Source of the DNA: Diplonema japonicum
Lineage: Eukaryota > Protista > Euglenozoa: Diplonemea
Direction of reading: 5' to 3'
Assembly (NCBI GenBank): GCA_964019335.1
Contig: OZ025693.1
Coordinates: 372,001-436,000, forward strand
Length of the DNA: 64,000 nt
A model generated the notes under the pieces. It was not told the DNA's origin. It saw only the letters and a program-made list of their open reading frames with translations, and made no database searches. Positions 34,120 to 45,416 of this stretch are shown piece by piece (positions within the stretch are counted from its first letter, which is position 1; the number at the start of each line of letters is the position of its first letter). The position numbers were made by a program, and so were the translations under genes.

Positions 34120-36648
34120 CTGTAAAACGAAAAACTCCCGGACGGAAAAGTCCGAGTTTTTTTGGTGTCCGGGAGTTTTTCCTGTAAGGTCGTCAGGGGG
34201 CCTGGTCCACTACCACCTACATACTGGCCTGGGCTGCAAACGGCAACCGCGCGAAGAAACCGCCACCAAACCACTGGGTATCTGGGTCACGTGTTTCGTG
34301 TCCGTATTATCCCTGGAAGAAGATACCGTGTGGGCATAAAGCTCAAGATAAAACTGATTGATAAAAGGCAAAAAGAAAAGAAAAAAAAGGGGGGGTAGAG
34401 CTATCTACTGTGCTACCTTGCCTCCGGGTTTGGCCGCTGCCTTCTTGCCTGCGGGCTTAGCTGCTGCCTTCTTGCCTGTGGGCTTAGCTGCTGCCTTCTT
34501 GCCTGTGGGCTTAGCTGCTGCCTTCTTTCTTGCAGGCTTAGCTGTTGCCTTCTTGGCGGCCCTCCTGGCGGCAGCGTCATCCAGCCGTTGCTGGGTGAGA
34601 CTGGGGAGTATCTCCACTGACGAGTCTGAAGAAACGGAAAAGGTTTCTTCGGTTATCGTCGAGGCGGCGGACACGGTGGTCGTGTCGGAAGATGCATCTA
34701 CGTCGATGACTTCCACCGTCCATGCTCCATGTCCTGGGCAAGCCTGGCATATAGGGAGCACTCGTCTTCCTCCTCTTCCCAGACCTCCTCCCAGCCCCAG
34801 TCCTCTTCCCACTCTTCCTCCCATGTTTTTCCAACAGCCAGCACACACGCAACACCGGCGTATGCAGCAAGTACCGAAAACTCCCAAATTGGGCTCCATC
34901 CGGGTTCCAGGTAGTGGCCAAAACAGGAAGCCCAGCTGTTCCTGATCGACTGGCCGGAGACAGCATCCCAGGCTGTTTCGACCCACCTAGGAAAAAAACA
35001 GGAAAAGAAAAATCCTCGTGGCATACCTCAAGTGAGCCCTTTAATCGAGCTAGTAGAGGGCACCTCCCATGATTCAGCCGCCGCCCCTGAGGCAATCAGC
35101 TTGTCGAGCCTTCGTGTGGCCCACTTTTTATAACTGTTCTTAATAGATGCTTTTACAGCTGCGTTCAACCCAATATCCATCGGTTGAACCATGTAGGTGA
35201 GCCCAGGGGGGACAAAAGCAATGTGCACGTTTGTGCCTTCGAACAACTCCAAAAATTCATCGGTCGAATGACAGTTGTAGTCATCGACAAGCAGCAGAAT
35301 CGACTCGTTCGGGGCAAAACCATGAGAATCGATGGTTTTACTGCAAAAAGGAAGAAACAGCTTTTTGACCCAGATACTGAGTGTATCATAATTAGCCCAA
35401 TGACTGGGCGATGCCGTTAGGCTCCATTCGGTGGGCGGGTGCTTGACCCGGGGCACGGACCCTGGATAAACCCTGTCGGCTGCAGGTTCCGTTCTGCCTT
35501 TGTATATAAGTTGCGGATGCAACTTATCCCCAGCCAGGGAGACAGCCAACTGTCCGGTTATGGCCCGTTTGTCCCCCAAGCCACGGACTTTTACGACCTT
35601 TGCACCCCTTTTCGTTTTGGTTTTTAACCCCAACGGCAACAGCTGCAGGGAGGTTTGGTCCATATTCCAGACCAATTCAGGCCTTACTTTATGGGTGTCG
35701 ATTATTGACCTGAATTGCATGGCGAAACAGCGTGCCCTCTCTTTGTCCTTCTCGTTTCCAGGTTTTCCGGTGGTGGGCCTGCGGCTTTTGTAGCCTTTCC
35801 TGCTGCAAAGCTTGTCAGCCCAGCTGGTGGAAAAGGACAGTGCCCCACCAAAGTCTACCAGCTCTGTCTTTCGGGCTGGATTAGCGCGCAGCAGCCCTTC
35901 TGCATAGGTGCATATTTGTTGCGCTGAGATAGGCTCGCCAAGTTCGTTTTGCCTATCGACCCAAGCAAAAACCTTGGCAGTCTCTGCCTCGGCCAGAAGA
36001 GGTTTGCGACCGACGGTAAAGGGGGCAGCAACAGGCCCAACAGAGCCCCCAAAGTTTTTTTTCCAGTCGGAAATACTGGACGTTGCTAGTTCCACCCCCT
36101 CTTTCGTGCGATACCACGACATGGCCGCCGCGACGCCGTGGGTAGCAGCGTATCGCCCAATAAGGGCTTTAGTATCCTTCGGGAGCTGGAGCTGCTTTCG
36201 GGGGTTTGTTCTGGCCTTCTTGGCCCGGTGTAAGGAGTTTATCTCCCCCACCTCTCGGGGGGTGAGCTGGTCGGAAGTGTCAGCAACCAAAGTTGGGTGC
36301 CTCACAAGCCAGTTGCTCAACGTGCCTTGGGTAGTCGAACTGGTCATTTGACGAAAGAAGTACGGGTTTATGAGATTGAAGAAAGTTAAGATCCTGTGGG
36401 TGCTGTTTGTTGGTGCATTGAAAGGGAGGGAAAAAAAATTCAAACTGCCACGCAGGGTAAACATTTTGGCTCTGCATACGAGTCTGCAAAGCCCTTCCAG
36501 GCAAACATGGTGGTATGGGAAAAAAAGCAGGAGCTGCTACCCCCCTTCCGTAAAAAAGACTTTTCCCCAGAAAAACTCCCGGACGGAAAAATGTCCGGGT
36601 TTTTTTGGTGTCCGGGAATTTTTCCGTCCGACATTATTCGTTTTACAG
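34120..36648 (-). mobile_element. pogo-superfamily (DD35D) transposon
   Basis: Ends TA|CTGTAAAACGAA ... TTCGTTTTACAG|TA. ORF 35028-36464 has an HTH/CENP-B-like N-terminus, WNMDQT, LLVDDYNCH and QPMDIG (35 residues between D2 and D3). Intron at 34987-35026. Confidence 0.9.
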
Positions 36649-36969
36649 TAAATAGTTTTAAATGAATATTTTGAAGTGACTTCCCGTTTTATCCTTTCTC
36701 GCTGTACAGGGGTCGAGAGCAAAAAAAAGAAGGGAAAAAAAAAGAGGAAAAAAAAAAAAAGAAAAAAAAAAAAGAGAGAGAGAGAGAAAAGCCCTTTTTC
36801 TTTTCCTTCTCGCTTTTTCAAGAAACTTTGCTTTTTTTCTTTTTCTTTTTTTATTCGTCCTATATTTCCCTCCCCTGTGTTTTTATAAGGGGGCAGTGGA
36901 AATAAAGTGCACTTTCCCGGCGGGGCAATAAAGTATTTTATTTTTCACAGGAGTTTTCTTCAGAAAGAA

Positions 36970-38433
36970 TTAGGAAAGAACCCGGGTCAGAAATCGCTCA
37001 AGGGTGCTATTTTGACCTATGAAAAATTCAGTCTTAGGTTAAAAATCGGGTTTTAGTGGTTTTGGTAAAGTCAGAGAGTATGCTTTCAATAGCAAGAAAT
37101 AGCGGAACTCACTGCTAGAAGGTGGCTGAAATGATGTTGGAAGTGGAAACCTTCATTTCCTAGTCTTCTGCGGCTGAGATGTGCTGCTGCTGAGTGGGCG
37201 ACCTTGTTTCTTTTTCATACTATTAGGCCTTCTACCGCATTTTGGGGGGGTTTTAAGAGGCTCATTCGTAGGTGTTGGTGCTTTGGGCTTGTCATGGGGT
37301 GGCGAGTATTTTTGTAATTTGGTTACCATTCTTTCTCGTTTTTCAAGTCCGGGAAGGCTATCAGGAACGTCCTCATACTCATCACAAGATTCATAGACTG
37401 GGGGCCTTTTCTCTGCCCTGTCTGCATCGAGTTCTTTGATGATGTACTTTAGTTCTTTCTAGCTCGTGGACGCGCACGTAGCAATACACCCTCCGGTGTG
37501 CTCCTGAGCTCATATGCACCTGTAAAATCCGGAAACTCAAGAATTTTCTTTTTGTACGGGCCAAAGACATCAGTAACTACATGCACGGCGCACCGTATCG
37601 TATTGGTGATGTTAGCTATTTGTTCCACAGTTTTAATTGTTGTGGAACGAGGCACCCAAAACCAAACACGAGAGAGCACACCAAAGTGGCTGTCCCTGTT
37701 GTTTTTGCCGTGTTTCTCCCCCAGAAACCACAGGGAAAACGTCCGATCGGGATATACATAACGAAGACCAAAAAAAATAGCAAAATTCCTTTGCACGAAA
37801 GTGACGCCCACCGTCAGTCCAGAGTATCCACTCCATTTTTTTCCTTATTTTTTTCTGTGCCCATGCTACTGTGGAACAAGACTTTTCCAACAGTAAGCCA
37901 GCTGCCCTTATTTCATCATGTGTGATGTGGTCAAGCCTCATGCCTCTGACCAATTGGCGCCGTGTGGTGTCTTGTTGGCTACTAAATCAACCAGAAAATG
38001 ATAGCAGAAGTGCCGCTAGAAGTTCCCCTTTACACACTACGTCACAAACTAGTGCAGCACAGTCGTTGCCACTGAGCTTCTCAAAAACCTTTGTGGCGAG
38101 TGTCCTGATCGCCGTGGTGTTCCCATTTACCCTTTCTCGGTCCGAATACCATTTTTTTTTTTTACCCCTAGCTTCTCAACAGCAAGTTTAAAAGCATCCA
38201 TTTTTGCCACCCCCTCTTTTACTGAATTTGTGCAAAGTGAAAAAACCCATTTTTGCCCCTAGGACTGAATTTTCTGGGTACTATTAACACTCACTTTCCC
38301 ATTTTCTGGGGTGTTTTCTTTCCTAACCTGGGCCGGGAAAGTTGTAGAATTTTTTTTCTTTGGGAAAAAGTACTTAGAGAAATATTGAAAGTGTCAATTG
38401 GCCTCATTTTGGGGGGTTTTTTGAAACGATGCC
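36970..38433 (-). mobile_element. Sola-like element, inverted second copy lacking one end
   Basis: Reverse complement of about 24691-26140, with small indels. Confidence 0.85.
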
Positions 38434-38588
38434 ATAGGAAAAATAAAATTACAGATTGGGGTATGAAGGTCGACTTTCCCTTTCCCTTTCTCTGGGCGGG
38501 GAGAACTATCCCTCGGCCTGCTCAAACACCTCGGGATAGTTGAAAATCCCCACCCGGGAAATAAAATCGACTTCTACCCAAATCAATA

Positions 38589-39176
38589 CTTAATGCCGCA
38601 AAGTTACATGAGGAGATTTCTAAAGAACCATAAAAAATTAGAAATCACTTTCCATTCACGAATAAATGCAGAGTAATAGGCCGAATTTGGCTTTAAAAAA
38701 GTGCCGTAAATGCAAAGTAAAATCTGATTTTTACTCCGAGCAATTTTCGGGCTTGTTCGGTATTCGTCTTCATTTTTTGCATCTGGTTGCCGCTAACACC
38801 GCCGTAGGTCAGTGGTCAGGACCCTCGGCCAGGGTTCAAGCCCCGAAGGACCGTTTTTTTGACTTGATTTTATCGAAAAAAGTTCGCGTTCCAGGATTTG
38901 ATCTGGCGTCTCCAGGAGGGGTCAGACCTGATCAAGCCCCTGCACAAAACGCAAACCCAAACGAGCTTATCAGGCCCGCGCAAAACCAGCAGTTTCTGAA
39001 GAGCGATGATCAAGTGCCGACACAAATTACACAAAACCTACAGAATTCTGTCAATTTGACATCATCTTCTCAGGCACTCAGGCTTAGTTTTGACATCAGT
39101 GTGAACATTTCGCAGAAGTGAACATAAAGGGTTCTCAGCGTCCGAAATTTCCTCATGTTACTTTGCAAAAATTAAG
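38589..39176. mobile_element. MITE with TA target duplication
   Basis: Ends TA|CTTAATGCCGCAAAGTTACATGAGGAGATTTC ... GAAATTTCCTCATGTTACTTTGCAAAAATTAAG|TA. Confidence 0.7.
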
Positions 39177-39188
39177 TAAAATATCATA

Positions 39189-40475
39189 CCGGATTTGTAT
39201 TTATATTGTTCAGTTTTAATAATGGTCTGGGGATTTAGTGTACTGTATAAATTATGTACCTTTTTCGGATTTTGGGCCCAACTTGGGACTTTTTACAGAA
39301 CAATACAAAAAACTATTTTTATTATTTTTGGCCCCCCCAGGACAGGCCCCACTAAAATCAAAGCCACGTTTGTGGTGTACAAGATCTACTTTTTGGTTTC
39401 CATTTTCAAAACAAGGTACGCGGACGCCCTGAAGGCCCAGATAAAGAAAGAGCGGAAAAGACACAGAAGAGAAGCCCTTCTTACTGCTGTTGGTCCGGCT
39501 TCTGTTCCCGTTAGTCCTGTTGCCGCGCCTGGAGCTTCTGTTGTTGCCGGTCCTGTGGTTTCTGTTGTCGGTCCCGTTGCTTCTGTTGCCAACCCCGTGG
39601 CCTCCCCTGCTGCCCCGACAATCTGTTGCAAAATCAGCAATGCTAGAGGTTGACAAAAGGACAAAGATTATGCGTCCTTTTGTTCTTGCCTGGGGTGTCG
39701 AGGCTTACCGCAAGCTAACAATCCGGGCAGGGTTTGCTTACCTTTTTAACGATCTCCCACCCGGGTCTGCATCCGTGACCCTGCCCACTGAGGACGTTCC
39801 TGCGCCCTCGCCTGGCCCTCCGCCCCCGCCTTCCGAGGTCGAGCTGGTTCGAGAAGCTGGGTGCAGATGCAGGAGTTGACCCGATGGAGATTGATCCATT
39901 GGAGCCATTGGGACTGTCGGTCGACCCGGAACCAGCACCCGAAGACCCGGACATTGAGATCACTGAGATGTTCAGCAGGCTGGGCACCTCGACATAGAGG
40001 CCATTTCTGATGCGCCTTCTTCTGACGAAGAAGCAGAAGAAGAAATGCCTGACCAAGCCAAGTGACCCCAAGCCAGCGAACGAACAACGTGACGAGGGTG
40101 CCCTGCCCCAACTGCAGCGCAACCCTCAAGCAGGTTAGAAAGGAGACCAGTGTGGTAGTGCACGGAATGCTCTGGTGAGCATGACATGAGCACCCGCGGG
40201 AGGGTCTGCCCGTCCTGCGACTATGTGGTGTGCTTTACGTGCAGGACCGGGCAATAGTGAACTAGAATTGAGGTAATACCACCCCCCCTCCTCGGCTGGG
40301 GGGTATTTTGTTTTTGTCTTGGGATTTTTTATTTTTAGGGATATTTTCTGGGATTTTTTTTATTTTTGTAATTTTTATGTTCTGTTTTAATGGTGTTCTG
40401 TAAATATTATGTACCTTTTTCGAATTTTTTGCCCAATTTGGGACTTTTCACATAACAACATAAGTACAAATCCGG
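39189..40475 (+). mobile_element. TIR element (TA target) carrying a decayed ORF with a ZZ-like zinc finger
   Basis: Ends TA|CCGGATTTGTATTTATATTGTT ... AACAACATAAGTACAAATCCGG|TA. A related end lies near 31963-32070. 40159-40257 translates as CTEC..CPSCDYVVCFTC. Confidence 0.7.
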
Positions 40476-40477
40476 TA

Positions 40478-40905
40478 CTAGATGAGAGCTAGATGGCGAT
40501 CTTTAGCTGTCCTCCAGAGGTCATTCGTTTTGGGATCTGCTCCTTCCCCGAGTCCGCTGACCGTCTTCCGTTCCGCTACTACTGTCGCACTCCTGGCTGC
40601 CCTTACAGCCGCCCTGAAGGCGCTTCCTCGCTTGGGCCACTCAAGTTCTGTGGCTATTTCCATCTTCTCCCAGTCCCATCCGATTCTCGGCATCCACCTG
40701 CATATCAGATTCCCCACCGGTCCCAAGGGGGTCCTCTGTGAGCCGTACCACTGCACTATTGTTCGCATTCTCTGTCCAAGACCTGTCCTTTCCAGCGCGC
40801 TCGATATCACTTTCAGCGAGTGACAGATGACGTAGGACAACGGGTCATTGATGTGTCCTTTCAGCAAAACCGTATTCACCGCTGCAGGCGATCGTCCTCG
40901 GAAGT
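40478..40905 (-). pseudogene. Probable internal fragment of a LINE-like pol ORF
   Basis: GPVGNL...RIGWDW pattern resembles post-RT regions. Cut by the neighbouring TIR element. Weak assignment. Confidence 0.35.
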
Positions 40906-41142
40906 GAGCCCCCCCCAAAAAAAATTTTTTTATGAGTTAAAGGAGGCCGGTGTTGGCGGTGCCCTGCACAAGAACTGTCAACTTGATTACAGGGGGCGCA
41001 CCGCGGCCGAGTTGTAGCTTCTTCTGCGTTCCGCGTTGTCCTTAATGCGCGCGGTGTACAGCTCAACCCCAGCCGGGGGCGTCCCGGGTAACCAAGATTC
41101 TGCGCTCGTGCAGTTTAATTAATAAGTAAAAAAAAAAAAAAA

Positions 41143-41860
41143 TTTGATAAATTTCGGTGTGCGGGTGGGTGCTCACCGTTCAGGGAGAAATTCACACTAA
41201 TCGGTCACCGTTCTGCGGTTGCTGTCTGGTGCCTGCAGTGGCTGTTTGTCGCGATGAGATGGACGGCATCTGGGCGAGAAACATTGCTTGGAGTCGTGCT
41301 AGGTAGGGGGCGGTTTGGCTCGAGGAGAAGAGTGGTCTCCTGTCGTAGCCGTGTGTCGTCGGGCCCCCAAGATGTCGAAGGGTGTGTACCCTTGTCTTTG
41401 CGTTGGCGGGGAAAGCATTCTTCCCACTCTTTGCTGTGCATTTCTGAATACGTCCTAAGATGTATCGCATCCTTCCAGCCTTCTCTGTGAGCCAGTCCTG
41501 GTCGTCGAGGGGTCCAGCCAAGGACTGCCGGGTGGCCTGCTCATAGTCTACTGCGAGCTCCATCGTCGTGACGGACGTCAACTTCCTGCCTGCGTACCAT
41601 CTTAGGCTTTTCAGCCACCTGAGGACGCTCTTCATGTAGTTCATGAACATTAGGACCTTTCCCGACGCTCCGTTCGATTTCAACAGCTCCACTGTGGGCA
41701 CAGTGTGCTGCTTCCCCGTTGTGATCTCATCCCACGGGTTGGTGGTGAGGATTCTGGTGCTCCGTTCAGCCGCTCTGGCGTCTCGTCTTGACACGACATC
41801 CAACAGGTATCGTTGCACGACTGCCGCCTGTTGCTTCGCAGCCCCCGTTGCGCCCCTTGG
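41143..41860 (-). mobile_element. Longest 3' relic of LINE-like family 2
   Basis: Open frame (VLRWLKSLRW..TTMELAVDY..YDRRPLF) running to the shared 3' end, followed by a T-run. Confidence 0.6.
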
Positions 41861-42067
41861 AATGTAAAAAATATGAGTATATGAGCTCGTCCGGGAAAAG
41901 GTAGGGCCCTCGACTTGTCTTGGCATCCAAAAAAAAAAAAAAAGTGTGGACATTCTTAAACCGTATGTGTTTTTGTTGTTCGTATGAACAGTTACAGCCG
42001 CGAGAAACATCGAGAATCATGGGGGGGGGGGGGGGAGCAGAGGCAAATAAAATAAAAACTCGATGAT

Positions 42068-42380
42068 TTAAAGGTAGCCGGTGGGGGCACCCTGCACAAG
42101 CACCATTTACTTGATTACAGGGGGCGCACCTCGGCCTAGCTGTAGCTTCTTTTGCGTTCCGCGTCGTGTCCTTAATGCGTGCGGTGTGCAGCTCAACCCC
42201 AGCCGGGGCGCCCCGGGTAACCAAGATTCTGAGCCCGTGTAGTTTGCTGCCTGTTCGCCACCCAGAGCATCTGCTTCTTCCACTTGGGCGCTACCGGTGA
42301 TGACCGACGGGGAGGTCAACAGCGAACAACACATCTGTACTTCTTTATATTTCCATGTTATCCCCACCACCAAAAAAATA
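42068..42380 (+). mobile_element. SINE-like ~310 bp element (other copies about 27430-27600, 40937-41115, 44395-44612)
   Basis: Shared core GGCGCACCTCGGCC..GTAGCTTCTT..GGTAACCAAGATTCTG, no ORF, A-rich 3' end. Confidence 0.65.
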
Positions 42381-42851
42381 AAAAGATATATAAGATACCT
42401 CGGCCGAGTTGCGGAAAGCCGTGTTGGGCTGTTACAGACATTTTTTTTTCCCCTTCTTTTCTTCGAAAAAATTAAGACACAATATATGTACGTGAATTAT
42501 TAAAAAAGAAAGAGGAAAAAAAGAGGGAACACTGTAACAGCTGGTACTTTTCTTGAGGGTTGTGGGGGGGAGAGTCAGTTAGCTAAAAACAAACTTGCTT
42601 GCAAAGGTGACATCCAGCAGAATAAAAACAAGAGCAAATCAAGCGACACAAAACATGGTTCAGAGGCATTTTTGTTTCCTTTTTTTTTTCTTTTTTTTTT
42701 TTCCATCGTTTCCGGCGAACGCCAGCAGCCCCCGGTGGAGACAGCAACAGCAAGATTATGCCTGAAAACAAAAGGGCCAGAAGCAGCATTGTCCCTTTGA
42801 AACAGTGGTATCGAAAATTTATCGAACAATTCGCGAGAATTATGAATGCAA

Positions 42852-43045
42852 CCATCTACTAACGAGCATTTGAAAAAAAAAAAAAGATCTTTTGTGCTAA
42901 GGGCCTTCAATGCAGCACGGCCCGACGATATTTTTGACAATGATGTGGGGGTGGGCCCTGCTGTGGGTACCTTCGCTCTAGAATTGGGACATTGGGGGCT
43001 ATTTCTGGGAGCATACAGCTCCGGCGTTGCGTTAGAATGGTTTTT

Positions 43046-43076
<31 letters not shown>

Positions 43077-43113
43077 TGAAAAACCCCCTGAAAAATAGTC
43101 TGTTGGTAGATGG
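42852..43113 (+). mobile_element. piggyBac-derived MITE
   Basis: CCATCTACTAACG ... GTTGGTAGATGG termini. Interior matches the subterminal regions of the two long copies in reverse. Confidence 0.8.
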
Positions 43114-44660
43114 TTTAAAAAAAGAGGGGGGAGGGTGGTTGTTGCGTCCTCCTTTCAAAGTAAGACAGCAATAACAAAAAGTTTTTTTTCGATCTTTCAA
43201 CATCAAGGTGACACTAGTCGAACGCTCCAAGTAATGGACATGGGCGAACCCAGCCCGCAAATGCGTTCGACGACCTGAAGAGTCTGGGGGGGGGGCATAT
43301 TTTTCTTTTGCAAGCCAAATGTGATCTACGTTACCCCTGTTTTGAAGGTTTGTTTGTTCCTGAGGGACGGTCTCGGCCGCGTCTCACTCTGGTACAGACT
43401 TCCCTGTAATGATTCGCTTAAGGGGAGGTGTCGTTTCGCACCTAGACCCGGCCAGAGGTCTTGCTGCCCCTTGGAGAAAAGAAATGACAACTAGATCGAA
43501 TGAGAGGTGTTATAGAAGGAGCAAAGAATAACCAGCACATTGGAGGGATCTCCATGAGCCGATGACTGTGTTAACATATAGTCTCAATTTCTTTTTTTTT
43601 TTTGTTCTCTCGTTCTTATTCTTGTTCTTATTCTTTTTTTCTTTCTTTTTTGTTTTTTTTCTTCCTTTTCAGAAAAAAGTGTGGACGTGCATTTGTTCCC
43701 CCCCCCCCTTTGTTTTTTTAAGCCCCTTTGAAGGACGCATGCAATCACAGGAATTATTTGTGGCCGGTAGCCCCTCACTGGGTTTGCTGGAACGGGTTTT
43801 GGAGCGGGTCGTCTCGTGAAGCCTTTGTTGGTACATGAACAGTGGGCACCCATTTGGGACCGTAATGCCTGAAGGAGCATCTGAAAAGGAACAAAGGAAT
43901 TGAGGATTGTTCAAAAGGTAATGAAACACTGAACTGCTACCTAACGCCAAATAGTGTTGCAACCAAAGCCCCATTTTTCTTTTTTTTTTTCTTTCTTTTT
44001 TTTTTTTCCGGCCAAATCTTGGATTCACATTGTGACATGTTTTGACTTGTAAATCAACTGCTACACTTGCTCTGCTCGTGATATAATTAGTGCATTATTT
44101 AATCACGAAGCGAAGTGAAATAATGACCTCTCTCGTCAAGAACACTTACGTGTGAAAGTCATAGGATTTATAAAAAGGGGGGAAAGAAAAAAGAGGCCAA
44201 GAAAATTGCGATATCATCTACTTTGCTAGAGAGAGGGGGGGGGGGGGGGGGGGGAATCTGCCCCGGGGACCTCCCACGATCGCCCTTGAAAAAAAAAAAA
44301 AGAGCAGTGAGGACCCATTAAGTTCCCAAGAGGATCTTTTAAATCGACGTACGTAACGAAGAAAAAAAAAAAAAAAGAAATATAGGGGAAATAAAAAGGC
44401 CAGTGTTGGTGTTGGCGCACTGCACAAGCACTGTCTACTAGATGACAAAGGGCGCACCTCGGCCGGGCTGCAACCGGGCCGCTCCGAGATAACCAGATTC
44501 TGCCCTCGCACAGTTGCTGCCTGTCGTCACTCTGAGCATCTACTCAACCCAGCGGACGAAAAACTACCGTGATACTTACCTTTTTATATCTCCATATTAT
44601 CCCCCTGGGAAAAAGGTTGAGCTAAAAGAGAGAGAGAGGGAGGTAGGGGGTACATCTTGC

Positions 44661-45416
44661 TCAGCACGACCCACTAGATTCGCTGTCAGAACCTTCCTCC
44701 AGAAGAGGGGGAAGCTTGAAAGTCCACGGTACGCGGAAAATCTCATTTTTCGTGCTGTCTTTTTTGCAGTTGTACTCTCTGGGGGCAAGTTGCGTGCAGT
44801 GGACGTGCACAGCACGACCGCATACATGAACCAGATCTGCGTCCCAGCGGCCCAAGCAGCTCAGGGCATCGGACACAGTGTCCATGTCAACGTAAATAAT
44901 CTTCGTGTCCTCCCTGTGACTCTTCGCCTTGGTCTTACGGGAAACGAAGGCTTTTCTTGCCCCGCAGAACGGAAACTTTATTTTGTGAAGAACCTCCATG
45001 GCGCTCGCAAGGTCCAATACACCCGACCACCCACACAGGTGAATCATGACTATTGTAGTTGGAGTCCTCGATTCCCTTTTCTCCTTGAACGGCAAAGCGC
45101 AATGGCCTGCCAGCATGGGCTTCCTAGGTCCCTTCACCACCGCAACTTGCGGGTTTAGCATTCTTTCAATGACAATGAAGCCTGGTCCGAGAATCCTTTC
45201 AATCTCTGCACTTGACACAGAGCCCTTTACGCCGCCCAGCCGGTAGCATCCGTGAGGAGTCTCAGGGACTGGGGTGGGTATTGTCGTCACTTGTCCCCAT
45301 TCGGTGACCGCCACGGGTCTGGTACCGCATGGTAGGTAGTAAGGAAGCATGGTGAAGGTGAGTTTCCTTTCCGTCTGGTAGGATCTGCATGCAGCCATGG
45401 GATTTTGGGTGTACAT
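44661..45416 (-). CDS. Hypothetical protein, possibly degenerate RRM
   Basis: ORF from ATG 45416. MIHLCGW..IIYVDMDTVSDA..VCGRAVHV loosely fits RRM spacing. Confidence 0.5.
   Translation of the reverse strand: MYTQNPMAACRSYQTERKLTFTMLPYYLPCGTRPVAVTEWGQVTTIPTPVPETPHGCYRLGGVKGSVSSAEIERILGPGFIVIERMLNPQVAVVKGPRKPMLAGHCALPFKEKRESRTPTTIVMIHLCGWSGVLDLASAMEVLHKIKFPFCGARKAFVSRKTKAKSHREDTKIIYVDMDTVSDALSCLGRWDADLVHVCGRAVHVHCTQLAPREYNCKKDSTKNEIFRVPWTFKLPPLLEEGSDSESSGSC

Noticed and set aside
40945-41010. Possible HDV-like ribozyme at the head of the SINE-like element
   Set aside because: I could build only a simple hairpin, not the nested double pseudoknot.
42540-44400. Possible small multi-exon gene(s), and a CTGAAGA hammerhead-like core near 43276
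   Set aside because: No consistent reading frame, and no matching GAAA or stems for a hammerhead.
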